Source of the DNA: Thermoflexia bacterium
GTDB lineage: Bacteria; Chloroflexota; Anaerolineae; B4-G1; SLSP01
Assembly (NCBI GenBank): GCA_011192175.1
Contig: DUEJ01000001.1
Coordinates: 3,090 to 67,089 of the forward strand
Direction of reading: 5' to 3'
DNA: 64,000 nt
Made by a program: the position numbers and the translations under genes
Shown: piece by piece, positions 28,174 to 38,121 of the stretch
Layout of the letters: each line of letters opens with the position of its first letter
Position numbering within the stretch: the first letter of the stretch is position 1
Notes under the pieces: generated by a model
Seen by the model: the letters and a program-made list of their open reading frames with translations, nothing else
Told to the model about the DNA's origin: nothing
The model's database searches: none

Positions 28174-28241
28174 GAGCTACGACTTTCCCCGGGGCGGCGA
28201 TTCTAGCGCTATGATCAGCGTTGACCAACTTCAAGAGGGTC

Positions 28242-28270
28242 TTGACATCGAACAAATGTTCCAATATAAT
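28242..28270 (+). promoter_or_regulatory. lexA promoter (TTGACA-17-TATAAT) with an embedded Cheo-type LexA (SOS) box CGAACAAATGTTCC
   Basis: ttgaca at 28242-47 and tataat at 28265-70. The palindrome cGAACaaatGTTCc at 28249-62 matches the Gram-positive-type SOS box CGAAC-N4-GTTCG. It lies 50 bp upstream of lexA. Confidence 0.7.
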
Positions 28271-28319
28271 TGGGATAAGAGGTTGGGATATTTGGGATTC
28301 AACGCCAGGAGAAGAAACC

Positions 28320-28961
28320 ATGAAGGCCAAATTGAAGCAGAAACCGCAGCAGATTCTAGATTTTATTAAAGCCTATCGAGACACGCATGATTATCCTCCT
28401 AGCTTGCGTGAGATTGGCGGGGCCACCGGCATCGCCTCCACCTCGCATGTCTCCTATTATCTAGACCAGTTGGAGGAGAAAGGCTACATCGCGCGCGATA
28501 ATCGTATTTCACGAGGCATTCAGCTGCTTGGAGCTGCGGAACCGTTTGCCCACGCAGCAGCAGAAGTTGTCTCCGTCCCTTATCTGGGCTATATCGTCGC
28601 CAGCGCCCCCATCAGCGTGGAGCCGTTGCCCGGCGATGAGACGGTGGAAATCAGCCGGGTGTTCTTCGGACATGATACCTCAAATCTCTTCGCGCTCACC
28701 GTGCAGGGGAGTTCCATGATTGACGCACTCATCAACGATGGCGACATGGTTATTATCCAGCAACAGGAACGGGTAGAAAACGGCCAGATGGCTGCCGTCT
28801 GGTTAGATGACCCCGGCGAAACCACGCTGAAAAAGATTTATTATGAAGGCGATCAAGTCCGGCTACAACCGGCAAATCCTACCATGGCGCCCTTCTACGA
28901 GCCGGCCGAAAATGTCCGCGTGCAGGGTAAGGTGGTCATGGTCATCCGGCAGTTAGGGTAA
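28320..28961 (+). CDS. lexA: LexA repressor
   Basis: N-terminal wHTH (PSLREIGGATGIASTSHVSYYLDQLEEKGYI). S24 peptidase region with the Ala-Gly cleavage site, Ser (GSSMID) and Lys (GKVVMVIR). RBS aggaga precedes the ATG at 28320. Confidence 0.85.
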   Translation: MKAKLKQKPQQILDFIKAYRDTHDYPPSLREIGGATGIASTSHVSYYLDQLEEKGYIARDNRISRGIQLLGAAEPFAHAAAEVVSVPYLGYIVASAPISVEPLPGDETVEISRVFFGHDTSNLFALTVQGSSMIDALINDGDMVIIQQQERVENGQMAAVWLDDPGETTLKKIYYEGDQVRLQPANPTMAPFYEPAENVRVQGKVVMVIRQLG

Positions 28962-29463
28962 ATTACAATGTCAACTCAACCATGCGCTGTAGTGGTGATG
29001 GGGAACCAATAGCTATCTCCCCGGCCGTGAGATAGATTTCACCATAGAGGCGAACTTCACGGAGAATTTGGATTGCGTGGGGCCAGCGGGCGAGTATGCT
29101 AGCCGAGGCTTCGCGCAACCGCCCTACTCGGGATAAGCCTCGGCCCCGCGTCCCTGGCGACGGATGCCAGCGACGCTCTTGCCTCGAAAACGCGTCCTCA
29201 TCCGCAGCCCCGCGCTGGAGGGCACATTGTTACTTCAAACCAACTCGACTTATACTTTTTGCAGTTTTGTGCTAAAGTGATAAGTAAGTATTGAGATGCT
29301 TCTGGAATTAGGGGAAACTCCTCCAGGGACGACCTGGTTTAGCAAGGTAAATAAAATTCCGCCTGAATACAGGCAGAAACGTATTTGGGAATAACGAAGA
29401 ATTTTTGCTCAAGTACTTAGCTCCTCGTTGAGGCTCTGTAAACTTAGTCTAAGGTAGGTCATT

Positions 29464-30957
29464 ATGGTCTTTTTACTATTGGTAACTATTATCGCGTATC
29501 CGCTGGCCTCCTATTTTCTAGAGCGCTACTTGCGACAGCATCCGCCTAACGCCTCTAGTGAATTCGTCTCCGTTGGCGAGCGCTTTTGGCAGGCCGCTGC
29601 GCGCATAACGCTTCCCTTGTGGTTGCTACTCCTAACCGGGCTGATGTGGGCCTTCAGTACCGCAATGCCGGCCAGCTGGGTTTTCTTACTCCTTGGCGGA
29701 GTACCATTACTTTTGGTCGGCGTCTGGCTATGGCGGCTAGAGTTTGGGACTTCCTTCATCATGGCTTCGATCCTAGGGCTGCTCGTGTTGCTGGTTCTGA
29801 TGGCGGGATTGGCTTCTGGGCATTTGAACAAACTAGATGCCACCGTGTTACCTCTCCTCTTTTTCATTCTAGCGCCGACAATTTTCATGCTTTACCTTCT
29901 CTTTCAGTGGGCAGTGGACTTTATCCCTGTGGGCGTGGGGGAAAAGGAGGCTCACCGTATGGAGGCCGCACAACTCGTCGCCGGCCTCTTTACTACTTTT
30001 CCCAAAGCTTCCACCATCGTTGAACATGGAAAGACTAAAACGAGTATCAAGGGAAATCCATTCTTGGGAACTGGGCCGGGACTGTTGATCACCGAGCCGG
30101 AAAATGCCGTGGCCTTGCGTGATGGCTCCAGCGTGAAGCGCTTTGTCGGGCCGGGAACCGTCTTCACTGGCCGCGCGGATGTACCCTTTGCCACTCTAGA
30201 CCTGCGCTCGCAATTCCGCGTGACCAGAATCGAGACGGCCACCAAGGACGGCATTTCAGTGCGCCTCCCCTGTTCGTCTATCTTCCAAGTGGACCCTGGG
30301 CCGGGCACGTTGCAACTGCACAAACCCTGGCCTTATAGCAGCAAAGCTGCTTATCTGACTCTCTTAGCCGGGGCGGAAGTCAACCCTGCTACCGGGGAGG
30401 ATAAATATCAAGCCACCCCGTGGAGGGAATTACCCTTACGCACCGCTACTTTCAAATTGCGCCAAGTGGTAGCCCAATACACCTTAGATGAGCTCTTTGC
30501 GACGATCAAACAAGCCCCAGATAAATTGCCCCGCCACGTCATTACTGGTGAGATGCGACCCTACGTTGATGCGGAGATGCTCAAGAAGGGTATTCGCGTA
30601 ACTGGTGGTAGCGTGGGCGCTAAGATCGCTCCCGTGGATGAGAGAGTAGTCACACAGCGTATCGAAAATTGGAAAGCGCATTGGAGCCGCGTCCTCACCA
30701 TTAACCAGGGTAGAATCGATGCCGAATATCTTATCCAACTGCGACGCGTGCGGAGCAAAGTGCTCGGTAAAATGCTAGCCGAAATGCTCAAACAATCCCA
30801 GCTCTTGGCAAACGATGATCAGATTTCACGTTCTCTAGTAGCCATATATTTATTAGATTCATTAGAGGATATTGCCCGCAACCCGGGCCTGGAACCGCTG
30901 CTGCCGGAGGCCACCTACTATATTCACAAAACACGTCAGGCACTGAAAGAGGACTAA
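29464..30957 (+). CDS. polytopic membrane protein with an SPFH/band-7-like domain (paralogue 1)
   Basis: About 160 aa of TM helices. The following motif fits the SPFH profile: ENAVALRDGSSVKRFVGPGTVF...LDLRSQ...TATKDGISV...IFQVDPG. Confidence 0.55.
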   Translation: MVFLLLVTIIAYPLASYFLERYLRQHPPNASSEFVSVGERFWQAAARITLPLWLLLLTGLMWAFSTAMPASWVFLLLGGVPLLLVGVWLWRLEFGTSFIMASILGLLVLLVLMAGLASGHLNKLDATVLPLLFFILAPTIFMLYLLFQWAVDFIPVGVGEKEAHRMEAAQLVAGLFTTFPKASTIVEHGKTKTSIKGNPFLGTGPGLLITEPENAVALRDGSSVKRFVGPGTVFTGRADVPFATLDLRSQFRVTRIETATKDGISVRLPCSSIFQVDPGPGTLQLHKPWPYSSKAAYLTLLAGAEVNPATGEDKYQATPWRELPLRTATFKLRQVVAQYTLDELFATIKQAPDKLPRHVITGEMRPYVDAEMLKKGIRVTGGSVGAKIAPVDERVVTQRIENWKAHWSRVLTINQGRIDAEYLIQLRRVRSKVLGKMLAEMLKQSQLLANDDQISRSLVAIYLLDSLEDIARNPGLEPLLPEATYYIHKTRQALKED

Positions 30958-30960
30958 ATT

Positions 30961-32265
30961 ATGGCTAGTATTAAGAATTATCTGCTGACAATCACTAAAC
31001 AGAGCACCGATAGAGGCCAGAAACTCCTCCTAGTACTGGGGGTGGGGACGGGTGCTACGGCTATCTTCGCCCTCTTCTTGGCTATCGCTTTCCCCGCCCT
31101 CCAGCGGCAGCTAGAATCTCCGCTGGACCTGATGTTCAGTATCTTGGGATACCTGCTGCTCTTTGTCTGCGTAATGGCGATGGCTTTCTTGGCTGCCAGG
31201 GGTATCTTTATCCAATTCGTGCAACGCATGTACAACTTGGATGCTGAAGAAGCTACCGGTTTAGTCAACCGGATCATTGGTGGTCTGCCGGAAAAACCTC
31301 CTTTTTCGCCTGTGATTGCCGTACGGCAAGGGCATATTATGGATAACGCGCCGAACGTATTGCGCAAGGTCGGCGGCCCCGGTTTCTTGAGCGTGGGGCA
31401 TGAAAATGCGGTGGTGCTCTCGCGCGGAGGGATTTTGGTCAAAGTGTTAGGGCCGGGCTGGTACCGCCTGGAAGCCTTTGAGAAGGTCTGGCGCGTGGTG
31501 GATTTGCGCACTCAGCGGCGGGAGATCACCGTGGAGACCAACACCCGCGATGGCATCCCAATCACGTGCCAAGCAGAAATCCGTTTCCATGTGGATAATG
31601 GCGCAAACACAGCGCACGCCTTACCTTTTACTGAGGTAAGTAAAAAGTCGGTCTTCCAGCTGGCGACAAATATAGTAGCGCTAGCCCCTGGGGGACTGGA
31701 AGAAGAACGCACGGCGATGAAGCTTATTGCCGGCGGTAAATTGGATGGGCAGATTCGTAACTGGATAGAACAGTATCGCTTGGACGAGCTCTTCTCCCCG
31801 CAACGTGAGATACCGGTCATCGTAGAATTACAGGCGGCGGTCACGGACGCGACTATCAGAGCTGGCCGGGAGTGGGGTCTCCAGGTGGAACAAGTAGAGA
31901 TTAAGAGCCTCCTGCCTTCCGGAGAGCTCATCTCTGAACAGTGGTTCGAGATGTGGCGCTCAGAATGGGACTACCTGGCAAACAAGGAGAAAGCTGTCGC
32001 CAAAGCCGAGGGGACCGAGATTGTCAAAATGGCCCGGCTGCAAGCTCAAACTCAATTGGTGGATAATCTGATCCGGCAACTAAAAAAGATAGCGCCAGAA
32101 GACCGACAGATTTCCCCGGCTTTGGTGCATCTCCGGTTCTTGGATGTGGTGCGTTCCCTGGCCGAGAGCGATCCACTGGTACGCAGCACTATGTTCAAAG
32201 AAGCCCAGGGGTTGGGCAATATTATTGAGATGCTACAATCATTGCCTGCTCTTGACTCAGAGTAA
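30961..32265 (+). CDS. polytopic membrane protein with an SPFH/band-7-like domain (paralogue 2)
   Basis: Same architecture. The core ENAVVLSRGGILVKVLGPGWY...VDLRTQ...TNTRDGIPI is alignable with the upstream gene. The start is 3 bp after the stop of paralogue 1. Confidence 0.55.
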   Translation: MASIKNYLLTITKQSTDRGQKLLLVLGVGTGATAIFALFLAIAFPALQRQLESPLDLMFSILGYLLLFVCVMAMAFLAARGIFIQFVQRMYNLDAEEATGLVNRIIGGLPEKPPFSPVIAVRQGHIMDNAPNVLRKVGGPGFLSVGHENAVVLSRGGILVKVLGPGWYRLEAFEKVWRVVDLRTQRREITVETNTRDGIPITCQAEIRFHVDNGANTAHALPFTEVSKKSVFQLATNIVALAPGGLEEERTAMKLIAGGKLDGQIRNWIEQYRLDELFSPQREIPVIVELQAAVTDATIRAGREWGLQVEQVEIKSLLPSGELISEQWFEMWRSEWDYLANKEKAVAKAEGTEIVKMARLQAQTQLVDNLIRQLKKIAPEDRQISPALVHLRFLDVVRSLAESDPLVRSTMFKEAQGLGNIIEMLQSLPALDSE

Positions 32266-32277
32266 TGGTGGTTTGAG

Positions 32278-33204
32278 ATGCAGAAACCCATTCACGGAGT
32301 ACTTATCCCAGAGGAAGTAACACCGTTCTTTTTAGTTGAAATCCCGGTCACCTCCTCACCGCTGGTCAGCAAGCTGCAAACGCTACAACGTGAATATCTT
32401 CAAAAATCACCTGTCGTTCTCTGGCGACGAATCTCCACCCTCCTCACTGCCGCCATCCAGCTACAAGCCGATCACCTGGCGGGGCTGTTACAATTTCTAC
32501 AAGCTGATTTGCTCTATCGCCAGGGAGAGCTAGCGGCGGCCTTGACGATGACCGAAACCGCTCAAGCAAAATTAGCGCTACAAGTTCCGCATCTAGCCCG
32601 CTATCACGAGGCCCTGGCTGGTTATTTTGCCGGCCTGCTCTACTATCTGAATCGCCAACCGGCTGCTTATCCACTCCTAATGGAAGCTGTACAATCCCTC
32701 AATGCAGTCCAGGCTTTTTGGAATTATCGAGGGGGAGACCCCAAAGTTAGCCGCTGCCAGCAGCTGCTCTTTTGGATCAACGATTTATTAGCATTGCATG
32801 ATGAATTTTATCAGACGCAAGATCGCCTGATCGTCCCCCTTTACGAAAAAAATCTCGCGGCTAAAGTTGAGCTAGTCGGAGCTACCAGTGTGACCCAGCG
32901 AGAGATGTTGCCCTCCACAGAGACCGATACCGCTCCGCGTTTGCCATCTGGCGTTATCCGGAAGGAGTCGCCAGTATGGTATTATTTTGCCCTGAAGGTG
33001 CATCCAGCGGCGCAATTCCAGAGCCGGAATGATTTGGGTGCGTCTTTGCTAGCCAGGAGCTCGCCGGAATACGTCTACTGGGCAGCCACTCCACAAACTG
33101 CGACTGAGTTTCTCCGAGATGCCCGCGGTAAGATCGCACCAGTTATTCCAACTAGGCCGAGCTATCACGTGACCATAGGAGGAGAAAACGCTCATGAATA
33201 CTGA
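32278..33204 (+). CDS. hypothetical protein (308 aa), helical
   Basis: Co-directional. Its 3' end overlaps the start of the PfkB kinase gene by 11 bp. Confidence 0.4.
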   Translation: MQKPIHGVLIPEEVTPFFLVEIPVTSSPLVSKLQTLQREYLQKSPVVLWRRISTLLTAAIQLQADHLAGLLQFLQADLLYRQGELAAALTMTETAQAKLALQVPHLARYHEALAGYFAGLLYYLNRQPAAYPLLMEAVQSLNAVQAFWNYRGGDPKVSRCQQLLFWINDLLALHDEFYQTQDRLIVPLYEKNLAAKVELVGATSVTQREMLPSTETDTAPRLPSGVIRKESPVWYYFALKVHPAAQFQSRNDLGASLLARSSPEYVYWAATPQTATEFLRDARGKIAPVIPTRPSYHVTIGGENAHEY

Positions 33205-34129
33205 AGAGCATAACGTACTGGTAATTGGGGCCGCCGGCTTGGACATCAAGGTCCGGCCAGATATGCAAGCCATCGAGAGTGATCAATCGAATCCGGCGCA
33301 TATACGGTGGAGCTGGGGCGGAGTAGCGCGCAATATGGCAGAGAACCTGGCGCGACTGGGAGCGAATGTACAATTCATCACGGCCGTGGGAGATGACGAA
33401 TCTGGCGAGGAGCTTCTCACGCAACTACATCAAATTGGCGTTGAGACCACAGCTACCCTCGCCGTCGCGGGGCAAAAGACCGCCTCTTATGTGGAGATAC
33501 TCCACCGTGACGAGCGCCTCTGGATAGCTTTTGATGATATGCAAATTATCCGGGCGCTCACCCCAGATTATCTGGCTGATTATCAGTGGCTCTTCCAAGA
33601 GACAGAATTAATTTGTTTAGACGCCAATCTCTCTTGGGGCACGCTCTGGTTGATCTTTAAGTTGGCTCAACAATACGAAATCCCCGTCTGTGCCGATCCC
33701 ACCACCGCGTCATTGGCTCCGCGACTACATCCTTTTCTCTCTCGGATCACCGTCTTAACTCCTAGCCGCCAAGAAGCGGAGGCGCTCTTGGATAGAGAGC
33801 TCTCTACGCCAGATGGTATCCTCCAGGGAGTGCGTGATCTAGCATACAAAGGGGTGGAACTGGCAATCATTACCCAGGGAGCCGAGGGTCTCTCTTATGC
33901 TACGGCGGAGGAGAGCGGGTGCTTGCCTCCTTTCAACGCACGGGTGGTGGATCACATCGGTGCGGGGGACGCGCTCACAGCCGCAGTGGCTTATGGTCTC
34001 TTGGAAGAATTACCCCCGGCCGAGGCGGTGCGCTTGGGTTTGGCCGCCGCGGCCCAGACCATCCATTGCTCCGAGACGGTCTGCCCCGATATTACTCTAG
34101 AGAGCCTCTACGACCAGCTGATCGTCTGA
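33194..34129 (+). CDS. PfkB-family carbohydrate/nucleoside kinase (ribokinase-like)
   Basis: N-terminal VLVIGAAGLDIKV and C-terminal DHIGAGDALTAAVAYGLL (anion hole / catalytic Asp motif). Confidence 0.75.
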   Translation: MNTEEHNVLVIGAAGLDIKVRPDMQAIESDQSNPAHIRWSWGGVARNMAENLARLGANVQFITAVGDDESGEELLTQLHQIGVETTATLAVAGQKTASYVEILHRDERLWIAFDDMQIIRALTPDYLADYQWLFQETELICLDANLSWGTLWLIFKLAQQYEIPVCADPTTASLAPRLHPFLSRITVLTPSRQEAEALLDRELSTPDGILQGVRDLAYKGVELAIITQGAEGLSYATAEESGCLPPFNARVVDHIGAGDALTAAVAYGLLEELPPAEAVRLGLAAAAQTIHCSETVCPDITLESLYDQLIV

Positions 34130-34151
34130 ACTGGCTGTTGGAAATCCAGCT

Positions 34152-34661
34152 ATGCTTAGTTTGAGCGCCGCCCAAATCAAAGAACTACTCGCCCTTCAAC
34201 CACACCCCGAGGGCGGATATTTTGCGCCGACCTATCGCTCGGCCGCCGTCATCCTGCCAGCCGCTCTCCCTGCGCGTTACCTCGCGCCACGTCCGCTCAG
34301 CACCGCCATCTATTACCTGCTGACTACGGGGAGTTGCTCGCGGTTACACCGCCTAAAATCCGATGAAATTTTCCACTTCTACGGAGGGGATCCGGTAGAG
34401 ATGTTATTTCTCTCCTCAGACGGTACCGGGAAGACTCTCTACTTGGGCAATGACCTGTTGGCCGACATGTATCCGCAACTGCTCGTACCGCACGGCGTCT
34501 GGCAAGGAGCCCGGCTCTACAAACCGGAAATTGGGTTTGCATTACTGGGTTGTACCGTCGCTCCGGGTTTTGATTACGCGGACTTTGAGTTAGGAGTACG
34601 GGCTCCGTTGCTAGCGCATTACCCGCAATTCGCCGCGCAGATCAGAGCGCTCACCGAGTGA
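34152..34661 (+). CDS. cupin-fold protein (DUF985-like)
   Basis: HPEGGYF...SAIYYLL...FHFYGGDP pattern typical of DUF985 cupins. Confidence 0.6.
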   Translation: MLSLSAAQIKELLALQPHPEGGYFAPTYRSAAVILPAALPARYLAPRPLSTAIYYLLTTGSCSRLHRLKSDEIFHFYGGDPVEMLFLSSDGTGKTLYLGNDLLADMYPQLLVPHGVWQGARLYKPEIGFALLGCTVAPGFDYADFELGVRAPLLAHYPQFAAQIRALTE

Positions 34662-34917
34662 GCCAGAGTCTTAGTAAGTTAAAAAGGGTGGCTCTTTAGG
34701 ATTTCACCTGGTCAAGCCACAAGCAACTGCAAATGGACGCCAATAAACGCGAAAAAAATCAAAAAGCAGTGCCAGCTGGATAATCTGTGGTGAAAAATTT
34801 ACGTCTCTCTGGCCCCCACCCTGCAGAGTCCCAGAGACCCTAATTTTTAATCTGCGAGCGCAGCCTGCGTTTATCTGCGTCCCTTTCTCCAGTAAACTTA
34901 TGGTATAATTTTCCCTT

Positions 34918-36285
34918 ATGTTAAAAATGAGACCCAAACATTTCCGCTTATTGGTACGCGGGGGGCTAGTGCTAAGCTACCTGCTTATTCTCCTGCTCGC
35001 TAATCTAGTCACCTTCACCCGGATACGAGAGCTGGCCGCCCGCTCGGAGATGCTCCCTATCTTTACGACCAGGGATAAGGGGCCGAGTATCAATGTGGAA
35101 TATGAGGAGGGAGAACCGTTACCCAGTTGGACCGGCACCGAACGCCTCTCCATTCTGCTCTTGGGTATTGACGAACGGGCGCAATGGGATGAGGAAGCCT
35201 GGCGCACGGATACCATGATTGTCCTCACCTTAGACCCGGTGACATTACAAGCCGGCGTGCTCTCAATACCTCGTGATATTTGGGTCGAAATTCCCGGCTA
35301 CCAATCCAATCGTATCAACACGGCTCATTACATCGGGCAAGTTGACGATTATCCCGGCGGCGGCCCGGCTCTAGCCGTGGAGACAGTGGAACAGAATCTG
35401 GGTATAGAGTTGGATCATTATGTCCGGGTCAACTTTCAAGCTTTCATCAATATCGTCAATGAGATTGGAGGCATTGATATCTACGTTGAGGAAACGATTG
35501 ACGATCCTTTTTACCCCGATACCCGACATGGCTATGATCCGCTCTACATCGAGGCCGGACAACACAATTTTGAGGGGGAGATCGCGCTCAAATATGCCCG
35601 CACGCGGCACTCCGGGCAGGGGGATTTTGACCGCGCGCGGCGTCAACAGCAAGTGATATTAGCCATCTTGGACAAAGCGATGCAGCCGGCCGTCTTGAGC
35701 AAGCTGCTCACCAGAGCTCCTGAACTCTACGCCATGGTAGAATCTTCCATCGACACCGATTTCAAGTTAGACCAGCTAATCGCTCTAGCGGGGTTAGCTA
35801 GCCAAATTGACCGCGATGAAATCCGGTTCGCAGTGGTGGACGAGAGCTGTACGGAGAACTGGACTACCCCCGATGATGCTCAAGTATTAGTTCCCATCCG
35901 CGAACGGATGCGCCAAAAACGGGATTACATCTTTGGGATCGGTCCTGAACCTGGTGCTGCCAGCGACTCGGAGGAACAAACTGCCACACTCTCGATACTC
36001 AACGGCACGTTGACGCCGGGGCTAGCGGGCGCCACCGGGGAATATCTACGCCAGCATGACGTGGAAGTTACCAACTACGCTAACGCAGACCGGCAAGATT
36101 ACGCGGAATCGATAATTATTCTCAATCGCGCTAAGCCGGCGTTGGCCCAACGTCTCGTGGAATTGTTGGGCGTGCCACCATCAGCCATCGTTAATGGAGA
36201 TAATCCCACGGCGGAATATGATATTATTGTCATTTTGGGGCAAGATTACGCGGAATGGGTCTCCTCAAAGCAGTCCGGTAACTGA
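34918..36285 (+). CDS. LytR-CpsA-Psr (LCP) family cell-envelope phosphotransferase
   Basis: N-terminal TM anchor. LCP core LLLGIDER...TDTMIVLTLDP...LSIPRDIWVEIPG...KYARTRH...DFDRARRQQQV. LytR_C-like tail. Confidence 0.8.
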   Translation: MLKMRPKHFRLLVRGGLVLSYLLILLLANLVTFTRIRELAARSEMLPIFTTRDKGPSINVEYEEGEPLPSWTGTERLSILLLGIDERAQWDEEAWRTDTMIVLTLDPVTLQAGVLSIPRDIWVEIPGYQSNRINTAHYIGQVDDYPGGGPALAVETVEQNLGIELDHYVRVNFQAFINIVNEIGGIDIYVEETIDDPFYPDTRHGYDPLYIEAGQHNFEGEIALKYARTRHSGQGDFDRARRQQQVILAILDKAMQPAVLSKLLTRAPELYAMVESSIDTDFKLDQLIALAGLASQIDRDEIRFAVVDESCTENWTTPDDAQVLVPIRERMRQKRDYIFGIGPEPGAASDSEEQTATLSILNGTLTPGLAGATGEYLRQHDVEVTNYANADRQDYAESIIILNRAKPALAQRLVELLGVPPSAIVNGDNPTAEYDIIVILGQDYAEWVSSKQSGN

Positions 36286-36289
36286 AAAA

Positions 36290-36545
36290 GAGAGCTCACC
36301 ACAGAGACACAGAGAAAAACATAAATTTTATGGTAAACATGACTTCCCCGGAGGAAGAGTGCTTTTGCCGCAAAGACGCGAAGGCGCAAAGATTTGAAAA
36401 TTAGCTTTCAGAGAATTAACTTTTTGACTGGTATTACTAAATTTTTCTTAGCGTCTTGGCGTCTTAGCGGAGAACTAACTTTTTGCAACGGAGCCAAGTT
36501 TAAAATCTCGGTGCTCTCCGTGCCTCCGTGGTGAAATTTTTGCTC
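36290..36545. repeat. dispersed composite intergenic repeat family (copy C; inverted relative to copy A)
   Basis: The reverse complement aligns over about 190 bp with 1085-1275. It also carries the ttagcgg...tttttgcaacggagccaagttt...ctccgtgcctccgtggtgaaat module. Confidence 0.75.
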
Positions 36546-36564
36546 TCTAGACGAAGGAATCCCC

Positions 36565-37947
36565 ATGTTACGTGATGCTCTAAAAGAGATACGCGAAGCG
36601 GCTCTGCGTGCGGTTGATCCCGCAGCAGCAGTACGCCGCCACCTCCAAATAATTGAGGGGGAATTGCACGTCGCCGGAGAGAGCTGGTCGCTGGCAGCGT
36701 TGGAACGAATTTGGCTCCTCAGTGCTGGCAAGGCCGCGGCGCCGATGGCCGCGGCGGCGGGGGAACTCTTGGAACCGTACCTCAAGGCGGGACTCGTGGT
36801 GACGAAGTACGCGCACGCCACCGGTGCCACGCTGCCGGCGCGAGTACAGGTGATCGAAGCCGGACATCCTGTCCCCGATGAGGCCGGACATCGCGGGGCC
36901 GCCGCGATGCTAGAGCTACTGGCAGAGAGCGCATCGCGCGATTTGGTACTGGTATTGCTTTCCGGTGGCGGCTCCGCCTTGCTCCCTTTGCCCGTCCCTG
37001 GCGTGACGTTGCCAGAACTACAGGCCACCACGGAGTTGCTCTTGCGCTCCGGAGCTACGATAGCCGAGCTCAACGCGGTGCGCAAGCATCTTTCGCGTCT
37101 CAAGGGCGGGCAGTTGGCGCGCGCGGCCGCTCCTGCGCCGCTGGTTGCCCTAATCCTCTCGGACGTGGTGGGCGATCCGCTAGACGTCATCGCTTCTGGG
37201 CCGACTGTGCCGGATCCCACCACATACGCCGACGCCTGGGCCGTGCTGGGACGATATGATTTGCGGTCAGAGGTCCCCGCCACAGTGAGCGCGCACTTGC
37301 GCGCTGGATTAGCGGGAGAGCGACCGGAGACTCCCAAACCAGGCGCAGCACTCTTTGAACAAGTGTATAATCAGCTCATCGGCTCCAACCGGCAGGCCGC
37401 GCTGGCGGCGGTGGAGACGGCGCGCCGATTAGGTTACCCCACGCTCTTGCTGACGACGTTCATGGAGGGCGAGGCGCGCGAAGTGGCGCGAGTAGCTGCT
37501 GCGCTGGCTAAGGGCCTCCGGCGGCACGGCGACCCGCTCAAGCCGCCAGCCTGCTTGGTCTGGGGCGGCGAGACGACAGTGACGGTCCGCGGTGCGGGTA
37601 AAGGTGGCCGTAACCAGGAGCTGGCGCTGGCAGCGGCGCAAGCGCTGGCTGGCTGGGAAGAGATTGCCATCATGGCTCTGGCCACGGACGGCACCGATGG
37701 CCCCACTGACGCGGCCGGCGCGGTGATAGATGGTTCCACGGTGCGGCGCGCGCGTGAATTGGGGTTGAAACCGCAAGCCGCGCTGGATCAAAATGACGCT
37801 TATCCGCTGTTGGCGGCCACCGGCGACCTGCTCCGCCTGGGACCGACGGGCACCAATGTCAATGATCTGCTGGTCATCCTGGTAGGGCCGGAAACTCCAA
37901 CCGCTAAGTCTGCTGAAAGAAACCAGAATTTCACCATCGAGGCGTAA
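36565..37947 (+). CDS. glycerate 2-kinase (MOFRL family)
   Basis: Motifs LSAGKAAAPMA, LLSGGGSALLPLP and LKGGQLA. The domain layout is typical of MOFRL glycerate kinases. Confidence 0.75.
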   Translation: MLRDALKEIREAALRAVDPAAAVRRHLQIIEGELHVAGESWSLAALERIWLLSAGKAAAPMAAAAGELLEPYLKAGLVVTKYAHATGATLPARVQVIEAGHPVPDEAGHRGAAAMLELLAESASRDLVLVLLSGGGSALLPLPVPGVTLPELQATTELLLRSGATIAELNAVRKHLSRLKGGQLARAAAPAPLVALILSDVVGDPLDVIASGPTVPDPTTYADAWAVLGRYDLRSEVPATVSAHLRAGLAGERPETPKPGAALFEQVYNQLIGSNRQAALAAVETARRLGYPTLLLTTFMEGEAREVARVAAALAKGLRRHGDPLKPPACLVWGGETTVTVRGAGKGGRNQELALAAAQALAGWEEIAIMALATDGTDGPTDAAGAVIDGSTVRRARELGLKPQAALDQNDAYPLLAATGDLLRLGPTGTNVNDLLVILVGPETPTAKSAERNQNFTIEA

Positions 37948-38121
37948 TAATTTTCAACTCAAGCCCCAGAAATTTATTTTCTCAGGGTTCTCTGTCCCTC
38001 AGGGGGGAGCTAGCTCTTTCTTCAGCCGGTAGCCCTGTCAAGAATGTCTTGTTTTTTTGACTGGCTGCGGTAGCCTAGCGGGGTTATTTGCTAACAATTT
38101 GTTGTAAGGGGAAAGAATCAA

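Noticed and set aside
36408-37337. 309-aa minus-strand ORF (Ala/Ser/Pro-rich)
   Set aside because: It is antisense to the MOFRL glycerate kinase gene, which has clear family motifs. Low-complexity artefact.
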